Assembly (NCBI GenBank): GCA_946965045.2
Contig: OX337236.1
Coordinates: 1,798,001-1,862,000 of the forward strand
DNA from: Epithemia pelagica
Lineage: Eukaryota > Protista > Bacillariophyta
DNA length: 64,000 nucleotides
Direction: 5' to 3'
The translations under genes were made by a program, and so were the position numbers. Shown here piece by piece: positions 43,974 through 54,246 of the stretch (positions are counted from its first letter, which is position 1; every line of letters begins with the position of its first letter). A model generated the notes under the pieces. It searched no databases, was not told the DNA's origin, and saw only the letters and a program-made list of their open reading frames with translations.

Positions 43974-45764
43974 ATGGCATCATTGGAACAGCAACCTACA
44001 TTGCAAGAGGCATCAGCAAATGGGGACGATGCCCAAGGAGAATCGAGCGAACATTCCGATACGGGAGAGGTTGCCGTCATGTTCTTGGGCGATGTCGACA
44101 TGGAACGAGATTTGGACGGCTTGGACGACGATGAGGGCTTTGACGCGGATGGAAATCTCGATACAACGATTCGATTGGGGACAACGTCTTCTGCAAGGTT
44201 CAATATATTAGCGACCATGGTCGGTGGGGGGTCCTTGTCGTTGCCACTGGCGTTTGCCAAGTCTGGAAATGTCTTGACTGGACCAATTCTGTTAATCGTC
44301 ATGGCAGCCATTTCGGAATATTGTTTTCAAATCATGGTCAAGTCAGTGCGTACGTTATCGTACAAAAATGCGGATTTGGGTGCCAATTATATCAAAGTGG
44401 GTCGTGATTCGTTTGAGTCTATTGCCGCTGCAGCCTTTGGACCGCAAGCCTACGTCGCATCCATGGCCTTGGTCACTGCCATGTGCTTCTTTGCCATGGT
44501 CGCCTACGGAGTCTTGCTGAGAGATATTCTGGAACCAATCACCGTTACAATATATGGTCCCCGACCACCTGGTCCATCCTGGCAAAACAATTCGCTGTTG
44601 TGGGTCGTGGTGGTGTTGGTTACGCCCCTGTGCACCCTTCGAACCTTGACCTCCCTGAAACGGTATGGAGCGGCCTCCATGTATTCGGTCCTTATTTTGG
44701 GCTGTTGCGTTTTGTATCGATCCTTCCAGTGCAATGTTTTTCTTGGTCCACACAACGACAATTGGCAACATTGGACGGATAGTTTCCGTTTGTGGCCCGA
44801 GCGGTGGTGGGACGTCTTGGATGTCTTTCCCTTGTACATTTCGTGTTTCGTATGTCATTACAACATTCCAACGGTGCACAATGAATTGCGACGTCCTACG
44901 GTGGCCCGTGTGAATTGGTGGTTGCGATCGACAACCTGGGCTGCCACCTTTTTTTACATGGCCATGGGAATTGCTGGCTCGGCCTATGGCGCCAAATGTA
45001 CAGCGACGGGTCATGTCCAAGGGAACATTTTGTTGGATTTTCGCAATTCGGATCCCTTGTTGTCCGTTGGACGAGCATGTTTGGCCGTGACGATTAGTAT
45101 TGCCTTTCCCATGTTGACCATTCCAGCTCGAGATATTGTCTTGCGGTCCCTTGAATCCTATCTCACGGCACACCGCACGTCCGCGACACGACGACAACCA
45201 CCACCACCCTTGAACGATGCCGTGACCGAAGATGACATTACCGAACCACGGGCTACCACCAGCTTGCGAGAGCCCTTGCTTTCAACAAGCAATGAAAATG
45301 GAGAGGAAAGTGGACGAGACGAACACGAAGTGTCGGCCGTCGAACTGGCACCCGTGGCGGCCGCCGATACTCCCTGGTGGATGCGATTGGTGGTTTCCAT
45401 AGTGTTATTGTGGACGGGGACTGCCGTGGCGAGTATCGTAGATAGCATTGACACGGTTTGGGATCTCCTGGGAAGTTCACTTTCCATCTTCTTATCCTTT
45501 TTGATACCAGCTGGATCGTACTTGGTAATTATGCATCGTCACCAACAACATTCTCAAAGAGGGGCTGAGACGCTAGACGATGGTGTGGAACAAGGAGAAA
45601 CAGAGGATGACGATGAGGAAGAGGAGGAAGAAGATTCATCAGCGGGACTATGGTTCACCCGCACTGTCGCAAGAACTCTGATTGCCATCTTTATTCCCTT
45701 GATGTTTCTGTCCATGGGAAATGCCGTTTATCACACATTTTTTGAGTCCAACAAATCTTCCTAG
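43974..45764 (+). CDS. Amino acid transporter (Aa_trans/SLC38-like, AAAP family)
   Basis: FNILATMVGGGSLSLPLAF, ISCFVCHYNIPTVHNEL, ~11 TM segments. Confidence 0.88.
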   Translation: MASLEQQPTLQEASANGDDAQGESSEHSDTGEVAVMFLGDVDMERDLDGLDDDEGFDADGNLDTTIRLGTTSSARFNILATMVGGGSLSLPLAFAKSGNVLTGPILLIVMAAISEYCFQIMVKSVRTLSYKNADLGANYIKVGRDSFESIAAAAFGPQAYVASMALVTAMCFFAMVAYGVLLRDILEPITVTIYGPRPPGPSWQNNSLLWVVVVLVTPLCTLRTLTSLKRYGAASMYSVLILGCCVLYRSFQCNVFLGPHNDNWQHWTDSFRLWPERWWDVLDVFPLYISCFVCHYNIPTVHNELRRPTVARVNWWLRSTTWAATFFYMAMGIAGSAYGAKCTATGHVQGNILLDFRNSDPLLSVGRACLAVTISIAFPMLTIPARDIVLRSLESYLTAHRTSATRRQPPPPLNDAVTEDDITEPRATTSLREPLLSTSNENGEESGRDEHEVSAVELAPVAAADTPWWMRLVVSIVLLWTGTAVASIVDSIDTVWDLLGSSLSIFLSFLIPAGSYLVIMHRHQQHSQRGAETLDDGVEQGETEDDDEEEEEEDSSAGLWFTRTVARTLIAIFIPLMFLSMGNAVYHTFFESNKSS

Positions 45765-45977
45765 GAGGGATGGAAAATCGCCTACGTAAAGTAGCAGCGA
45801 GTAAATGACCTGTACTCCTAGTCGTCAGTTTGGTGTCCTTGAAAAGACTTCTACCGTATCCGTATTCAGGCAAAAGATACGACCTACAGATCGACACCGT
45901 CAAGGAAAATATAAACTGTTATACAATACAGAAAGAAGTTCTCTCGTCGCTCGATAATTTTGAAGGTTGGTCTTTGC

Positions 45978-46877
45978 TTATTCCTCATCATCCGAATCCA
46001 CAAGTGTGGTGGCGTTTTGCGATTTTTGCTGTTGGGTCGCTTCATTCTGACGACGCGCACGCTGGATCAGGAGTCTTGTTTCCAAATCTTCCTCCAGCTG
46101 ATCTAACGTCACATTCCTATTGCTACAGCCAGGAATGGGACATTGACAGGTCACTCCACGTGCCTGCCTACTTTTGATCATTTGTTCAATTCCCGTTCTT
46201 GAATATACGTGACCACACAGCTTATTTTTGACGGGATCTTCCATTTCCTTGGCCAAAATGGGACATTTAAGTCGATTTTTTGCGGATTGAGTTCCTGATT
46301 GTGTGCCTGTCACTTCAATCTCATCGTCGTCCCCATTCGATGTGCGCTTGCGTTCCACTTGAATGCCCAACATCTCACAAATGTCCTGATACTTTTCGTT
46401 TTGTTCCGGCGGATTTTTTGCCATGAGTTCAGCTTTTGACTTGTCCATGAGGTCTGACAAGAGAGCATTATAGTCAGTTGATTCTGTTTCGTCGGACGAT
46501 TCTTGGTCAGCTTGAGCAAGCAACTGCTCTCGGATGCTTCGAATGGAAGCCAAAAATGCATCGGTCTCCATTTCGGCTTGGACTGTTCTCAGTGAAACCT
46601 CTTGTAGCTTGGTACGTTGCTCGGTAAGAAAGTCCTGTAATTCCGACTTCTCTTCTTCCGATGCTCCTCCCTCCTTGTCATTATTCAATAAATTCAAAAG
46701 CGCATTTTCGAGACCACCGTCTGTGCCGGGCATCAAACGAGTGGCTGCCATTTTGGTGAGCGTATGGTTCGTCGCAGTCCCTTTTCGATACTGACTCTCC
46801 TTGTTCAGGATTGTGCTGCAAATGGCAAGGCCGACATTGGCGTTGGTGTTTCTACCTCCAGATGCGTAACGAGACAT
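45978..46877 (-). CDS. NSE2: SMC5/6 SUMO E3 ligase NSE2/MMS21 (SP-RING)
   Basis: LKCPILAKEMEDPVKNKLCGHVYS....CPIPGC zf-Nse domain after a helical N-terminus. Confidence 0.8.
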   Translation of the reverse strand: MSRYASGGRNTNANVGLAICSTILNKESQYRKGTATNHTLTKMAATRLMPGTDGGLENALLNLLNNDKEGGASEEEKSELQDFLTEQRTKLQEVSLRTVQAEMETDAFLASIRSIREQLLAQADQESSDETESTDYNALLSDLMDKSKAELMAKNPPEQNEKYQDICEMLGIQVERKRTSNGDDDEIEVTGTQSGTQSAKNRLKCPILAKEMEDPVKNKLCGHVYSRTGIEQMIKSRQARGVTCQCPIPGCSNRNVTLDQLEEDLETRLLIQRARRQNEATQQQKSQNATTLVDSDDEE

Positions 46878-47166
46878 TTTGTGGATGTAATGCTTCGAAA
46901 AGAGTCTCCTTCTATGATCATTCAAGAATAATGCAACCGTCGATTGTCATTGCAACTTGCAACATGCACAAAACATCGATTGTGCTTCCATTGTCGCCCG
47001 GCATGCTGTGCAAAAAGGGCGGGAAAAGGTACGCGAAGCGTCTGCCCTTCAGCCGTTGATGGATCAAAAACTTCATGCCGACAAAAGCGGGAAAGCATCG
47101 TCTCGGTAGGCGTGCGACATGCATCCTCTTATACGAGTACTTAATTAAAATTCAAGCGTGACACGC

Positions 47167-50100
47167 ATGAGATCCCGGGGAACCTTCGCCCCTCACAAAA
47201 TGCATCCCGTTCAAAAGCCAAACGTCGCTCGGGCCGTCCCGAGACAGAGAAGCACACACAAGAAAGAAAATCACAACACTGTGCCTACAACAACAGGATT
47301 CCGTTCTGACATGAAGAAACCACTGTCCACCCGAGAAAATGATCGACCGAGTCGTCAGCGGAAACAAGCTCAGCGACGCGTAGACACGGATGCAGACAAT
47401 GAAGGTGGCCTGATGGGCATGTTTGCCGCAACGGATGAAACTCTCCGACCCCAAAGTTCCACTCGAGGTCGGAATCGCTTACGGCAAAACAAGAGTTTGT
47501 CCAATACGGTTGTCGTTGTTCCCCCAAAGTCGTCCAAAGCAAAAGCCGTCCAACCTTTATCCAGAATCACACAGAAATCGATCCAGGAACAAACTCAAGA
47601 AGACCTTGACGACTCGGATGATGGTCAAGTGGATGAAAACAGCGAGGATCAAACTTCTGATCTCGATATTTCCGAGCTTTCGTGTACTCTAAATTCATCA
47701 TGCCGTGTTTCACAAAAAGAGACGAGCAATCCGAGAACATCGTTCAATTGTGGTCCAAGTCCCCATTCAACGGAATCCAGTCAAAGCGATAACCAAGTTA
47801 CTGATTCTGAGTGTTCATCCGATTCGGATACGGACTCATCGTCACGTCAGGATGGCTCGATCGAAATCGAATCCACAACGGATTCCGACATGGTACCACG
47901 GACTCCTGCTTCGGTCATGTCGAGTCAGGAAGACGATAGGACATCATCTTGTCAAAACGACGACGGTGACGACGACGAAGAAGAAGAGGAGAAATCAACT
48001 TCAATGAGCTCCAAGCGCAATATGGAAAAGAAGTACGAAAACATCATGATTGACTCAAACAATGAAGTAAGAATCAAAGATGGAGATGAGGAAGTGAGCG
48101 ACGACGACGAAGAAGATGATGACGATGTTGTTCTTGAAGGAGACGACGAATACAATCCAGACGACGACGATGACGACACTGAGACAGAAGGCGAGGAAGA
48201 CGAAGACTATGAGCTCATTGAAAATCATGAAGACGACATTATTTGTACTAAAGGCGCCTCAAGAGGCGAAACAAGTAAGAAGAATATGGACAAACAAATC
48301 ACTTCCATTGACAGCGATCATCCGGAATCCCCAAGAGCAGAGTTTCCTACAGAGGATGAGCATGACGACGACGAAACGATTTCGGATCATGGCTTTGATG
48401 ACAGCATAGAAGGAGGATCAATGAGTGAAGTGGAGGACGATATCGACGCTACAGTAGCAACGATCGACAACGAGGCTACCGACTTATCTCGGCAAGACAA
48501 AGACGCTATTCCAGTCCATCATCTGGATGACGATGTCCCTGTTGTGAATACTATAGAGAGTGATGAATCGCGCTGTCATGATGCGACTGATATCCTGGAC
48601 AAGATAGATGCGGTACAAACTGAGATCAACAATGAGTCAAACAACTCTGAAACCGGCAATCTACGCAAAACTAGTGAGGAGGACCAGATCTTGCTTGAAA
48701 AGTGTGCCCCTCAAGAGGAGGAAATAATTGTATCTCCAAGAGTATTGTCTACAGAGGACCTTGACATTAAAGGCCATGAGATTGTTCAAAATTCTGTTTC
48801 GCACGAAATGACCGAAACTGCGCAAAGCTCAAAACCTAAAGGTGTGACGAGTGACACAGAAGATCTCACAGCTCTCACCGAATCGAATGAAAATGAGGAA
48901 AACGACGCGGTCCATGAAATGATTGAACCTACACGAAGGCCCGTAATTGAAAATATAAGGAGTGAAGTAGAGAATCCCACGGCTCCCGTGAAACCTCAAT
49001 TCGAAATACAAGAAGCTTCGGAAAACGTAGCGATCGAAACACACAGTGAAAGGGAAAACTTGGTAGCGACAACTCCTAAAAGTGTCCGTTATGGAACGAG
49101 GCAGACAAAGCAAATTCTTACGGAATCAGTGGAGCTTGGAGAAGGACCAAAGCGAGCCCTGCATCGCGGCGCATCTAAGGTTGATAACTCTCGTCGTAGT
49201 ATGATTGTCAAACCAGGAAAATGGACGCTCGGATCCCAGATTGGCCATGGTGCGTTTGGAGTCGTTCATATTGGAATGAACACGGAAACTGGAAGGCTCA
49301 TGGCTGTTAAAAGCATCCAAATGGATAAAGCCGCACTAAAAGACTTGCGCCGAGAAATTGATCTCATGAATTCGTTGAAGCATGAAAATATTGTCCAATA
49401 TTTCGGTTGTCAGCAAGACCGTGGATACTTGAGGATCTTCCAAGAATGGGTTGCTGGTGGATCCGTAACGGAACTTCTGAGCAAGTTTGGGGTTTTCACA
49501 TCAGACGTTACTCAGACATATATTTCCCAAATGCTTGCTGGGTTGTCATATCTACACGAAAACAACATTGTACGTTCTGGGGAGAATTCATTGCTCACGT
49601 CAATGTCGAATTCTCTCACGCATCATTTGCTCGTTTCTTGTTCCGTAGTTACACCGTGACATAAAGGGCTCGAACGTACTGGTGTCCAATGACGGTGTGG
49701 TAAAATTGGCCGACTTTGGGGCCAGCCGCAAAATGTCGCAATTGCACGCCGATCTCATGATGAGCCTTACAATGCGCGGGACACCATACTTCATGGCCCC
49801 AGAGGTTTTTGAAGAAAAATACAGTTCGAAGGCCGATATTTGGGCCGTTGGATGCGTAGCATACCAAATGGTCACTGGCTTTCCACCTTGGAAGAAGCTT
49901 AATTTTACAAATCCTGTGGCGCTTTTCAACTACATCAAAAATCGGCAATCTCCACCTGACTTTGAGCTCTCTGAGAACTTCACCGACTGCGATTCACAAC
50001 GTCGAAATTTCCTGTCATTGATGGAAGAGTGCTTCGCAAGGAGTCCATTCGACCGCCCCAGCGCGGACGCATTGCTCAACCATACATTTTTATGCACTAG

Positions 50101-50695
50101 TTCACATATTTGGTCCACAGAACAGCAAGATCCATGGGAAGATAAGTCGTTACATGATATGGGGAGCCCCGCACCTACGACTGCTTATTTGACGAGTCCG
50201 ACCGATATTTGCGCAGCTGGTCGAATGCGACGACGAAGTAGCTTTGGAGGTTCCACCAATCAGACTCCGTTCTTATCTCCACCTTTGCCAAAAAGTAGTA
50301 GTCGGCGGCGGAGAAACGAAAAGGGAACGCACTCGACACCGAAGACTCTAAGGTCACCAACACCAGATATGCAAGAATGGCCCACATGGGCCAAAGAAAA
50401 GTACAACTCTGAATCCTGCGACCAAGTGACCCCGGTCACGCAATCCGCCGCTGCTAACAAAGAGAACCAGTGCATCCACCAAAGTCCTTCTGCTTCTCGT
50501 CAGCTCGATGACAGTCTGCAATATACATGGGATACTTCCGTTTCAGCTATGCAATCTGGCAATGAAATGTTTCGTGGTGCGCCAACAAATAAAAAGACAT
50601 CTGACATGTCACCATCCAATTATTCCGTATCTCACAGTGGAGTATGTGGTGAAAGTTTGGATATGCTCGGAGGACTAAAGTTTTTGTCATCATAA
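47167..50695 (+). CDS. STE11/NPK1-like MAP kinase kinase kinase with long acidic N-terminus; exons 47167..49569 and 49649..50695
   Basis: WTLGSQIGHGAFG, MAVK, HENIVQY, ENNI|LHRDIKGSN, KLADFG, GTPYFMAPE; intron 49570-49648. Confidence 0.9.
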
Positions 50696-50996
50696 TCGTA
50701 GAACGACATGACATCGCCAATTGTCCGCTGTACATGACAAGAGGTAGTGTTCCAGGAAAGGATATAGAAGGTATGTTGGAAGATATCAGGACACTTTCGG
50801 CTCTGAATCCAATTTAAAACTTTGACTCTAAGCCATCTGTCTACTCCTAAGTACTCCTACTCCTAGCTGATGATCGATTTTGCCTCGTACTCCTAGCACA
50901 CATAGACTTTCTGTCGCAGATACTGTGCATGACACTGTTTCTCGGGGCATCGCGTTCATTCCATCACATCCGTCCATCATCCATCGGCATGTGGCA

Positions 50997-51745
50997 ATGG
51001 CAACCGCCAACAAGTCTCTGCTCTCTTTTTATTGGAGACTTCTAGTTTGGACGTTGCTTGTATGTATCCGACGTGTTTATCCGATGAGGCTAGTAGTGCA
51101 GCGAGTCAAGTCGGCTTCGATTACGGTGGAAGGTCAAGTTGTGTCGTCCATTGGACCCGGCGCGTTGGCTCTTGTTGGCCTTCATGAGCACGACCAACAA
51201 GATGATTTGAAAGAATGTTGCAAGAAGTTGTTGGCTTGCAAGCTGTGGGAAAATGACTCAGGAGCTCTATGGAGACATTCCGTCAAACAGAGAGAACTGG
51301 AAATACTGCTTGTCAGTCAATTTACGCTTTATGGCAAATTGTCAAAGAAGAATCAACCTGACTATAAACATGCAATGAAAAATGAACCGGCTAGAAAAAT
51401 GTACAGGGAATTCTTGGATCTAGTAAGAGAATCTTACGTGAGCGACAAGGTTAAGGATGGCGTTTTTGGGGCCATGATGGTAAGTGGCAACGTCCATCAA
51501 CGTTCTTTGGTTGTTGCATTGGATAGAGGAAATGTGTTAGGGTGCGACATGACCTATGGCTCCACTTCTTATGATTACACATTCCTTAGCTAACTTCGCC
51601 GTTTTTACCTGCTCAGGACGTGGCGCTCGTCAACGATGGTCCGGTTACCTTGATAATTGAATCAGAGCCCAAGGCTCCGTTAATGCAGGACGCCGAGGAC
51701 GAAGCGAAAGCATCCATTGAACTGTCGGGAGAGGATCTAAGCTAA
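50997..51745 (+). CDS. DTD1: D-aminoacyl-tRNA deacylase; exons 50997(or 51084)..51479 and 51617..51745
   Basis: MRLVVQRVKSAS, SQFTL, GVFGAMM|DVALVNDGPVT; intron 51480-51616. Confidence 0.93.
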
Positions 51746-52030
51746 CGTTGGACATGTACTTGTGGAACGACCAGTTTCCAATTGTCCTAGAGTATGGGCA
51801 TTGGTGAACTACTCCTACTGTTGTTACACCCAATATTTGGTACGAAGGATTTTACAATACAACATAAATGAACCTGCTGGACTAGATTGTGGAGGTTCGT
51901 AGGCACAAAAGCATCTACCTTGTTCCTGTACCAAAATTACATTATGTTAATACTAGTGCCATGGGGGAAATATAAACAATCAAGCTCTACAGCGTCGACA
52001 AGTCTTCGGACTTAGCTTTGTCAGTCTCAG

Positions 52031-52477
52031 TCATGGATCAGAAAGATCCAGGAAGTCGACAACTCTTTGGATGTAGCTTATCGTCGACTCTTCTGGGTCT
52101 ATTGAAGCAAACCCTATCATAGGAGTTCTGAGCTGCCGATTAAATTGCGATGCACATCGGACTTGGGAACTTGATGAATGATTTATCTTGGACATCTCGA
52201 AGAGACTCATTCTTGACTCCTTGTGGCTGCGAAGTCTTAACGTAGGAGCCTTGTCCATTTTTCTTTCATCAGAGTTCCAGCGATTCCAAGTCTTTTTCTT
52301 CAGGGAAGTTGTTCTTCTTTGTTGAGCGCACATGGAGGAGCAGCTAGCAGCGTCAATGGAAACAGCCTCCGAAGTCTCACCCGATTCTTGTGCGGCGCCT
52401 CGATGACCAGAGCAATTGTCAACAACAATGGATACTTCTTTCTCCTTCAACAGATTTTGCAAGTGCTGCGCAAACAT
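52031..52477 (-). CDS. Small hypothetical protein (IVVDN...RW.S motif type common in diatoms)
   Basis: 148-aa ORF with SIVVDNC and RWNSD motifs; family assignment is from recall only. Confidence 0.5.
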   Translation of the reverse strand: MFAQHLQNLLKEKEVSIVVDNCSGHRGAAQESGETSEAVSIDAASCSSMCAQQRRTTSLKKKTWNRWNSDERKMDKAPTLRLRSHKESRMSLFEMSKINHSSSSQVRCASQFNRQLRTPMIGFASIDPEESTISYIQRVVDFLDLSDP

Positions 52478-53236
52478 GGTTTTCTTTTCCGTTTGAAGTC
52501 TTGTCGACGCCGCAGGAGATCAATTTGTGGCCACTATTCGGTACAAGCAAACCAAGAGTAGGATGTTACGAAATGCGAACGCGGACAAACTATGTGGTCT
52601 GATAATTCGTCAGAGAAACTTTGGACTTCGATGACCTACGCGGCACTTATAGATGCGCTTCCGGTAGTTAGACTGGTAGGACGCGATGAGTTTCGAAGTT
52701 ACGAAGCATCGCCTTTTAATTCGTGTAGTGACCGCAGCGTCTCGCGATGGCGACATAAGAAAATCCCTATCTTTCATATTCTTGTAAGCGGAAAAGGAAG
52801 ACTAATATTTATTACGTGGAGTCTGTCTACTCCCTATACTTCAGGAGGGGAGTAGTCAACTCCCCATCAGAGATCAGAGACATAATGAGGAAGACGGAGG
52901 ACACCATGGGTCATAAGGGAAGTCATAGTCTTTTGACTCACCTCAACATTAACTTATATTTAAGTACGAGTACTCGTACCTCGTACTCGTATTCTCGTAG
53001 ATCAGAGCTTGTTCTTGTTCCTTGCTAGCTTGAGAGAGTTTCCTATTGGACCTTATCCTTCCAGTTTTCAGAAACGACGTTTTCTGCTCATAATTCATAA
53101 TTCACGATATATCGTCAGCTACAAGTTGGTGTTCTTGTCAGGGTTGTGTAGTACAATAATCACACATTTGCCAAAATACATGACTATGTGATTTACTATG
53201 ACTAACTATGAAGTCATGTAGTAAAATCAGTAAGTA

Positions 53237-53841
53237 AGGGCTGGGTAAGCCGATCCATGTTCGGCTAGGTAGGCTCAGTACAAAAGCTACGTAGAGTACA
53301 TAAAATCAGATAGTACACGTCACGCCGGAAATGGTCGGAATTTCAAAAAAAAGCAAAAACGCTCGACAATGATGGCGAGATCCGGTGACGCCGTATGCAT
53401 TCACCCATGCATCGCATAAACATCCAACCACCGTAAGTCCTTTACCTTTACCTTTGACATTGTTGTCTGAAATTACAGAAGATTTACCCAGTTGGCTGAA
53501 AAGGTATGCTCATTTTTCTGCAGTGATGAAATCGAACGACCGCCCTAACTCACTCATTTTTCAATGCTGACTCGACCGAATTGAAAGCATAGTCACTCTA
53601 GTAGTAAATAATCTTCTTGTCAAAGCGGTCGAGGCAAGCTCTATTATTGAGGAAGTTATGGCCATGGGGGTGATGGCTTCCACCATTGTCGAGCGATGGC
53701 TTCCAATTTGCATTGTTTCTCGTGGCAGCAAGTTTTCAATTTGAAACCATCCGCCCCACTTCTTACACAGACGAAAATAGTACTACGTAGGTTAATGTAC
53801 TGAGCCTACTTAGCCGAACATGGATCGGCTTACCCAGCCCT
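53237..53841. mobile_element. MITE (605 bp) nested in the left subterminal region of the hAT
   Basis: 46-bp TIR AGGGCTGGGTAAGCCGATCCATGTTCGGCTA(G/A)GTAGGCTCAGTACA with 1 mismatch, flanked by TA on both sides; no long ORF. Confidence 0.85.
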
Positions 53842-54246
53842 TATGTTCCCCAGTTACTTTCAGTTGCCAATCAATCACTGCCTTCTCACTCTCACCCCAC
53901 CGACTACAGTCATCACAGTCAGTCACCCCTCATTCTTCAGACGTACTATTACTCTGTTAGTAAGTAACTCACTTACGGATCTCCCTACTATTAGTCTCCA
54001 AGTCAATACCCTGACATGGGTAATATCGACTCTGTAGTACAAAGTCACTCCTCATCCAACCGACAAAGTACGACTACAATTGCATTCTGTCACACAATTC
54101 ACCAAAATTCCAAACAAAACAGATGAGGATGATCCTCATCGTACCTATGCACCTCTGCTTCTCTGTATAATGACAGATCTTTTGAGTCTCATCCTTCAAC
54201 AATCCAACAGCAATCTTCCTCCTCAGCACAGTGTATTCGATGGGAG

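Noticed and set aside
29187-51745. Apparent cluster of translation genes (HGH1, RPS2, eIF3j, DTD1)
   Set aside because: They are interspersed with unrelated genes over 22 kb; this is expected by chance in a gene-dense genome.
53235-53843. PIF/Harbinger assignment for the MITE (GGG...CCC ends with TAA/TTA)
   Set aside because: The left flank TAA and right flank TTA are not a direct repeat; a TA duplication fits better.
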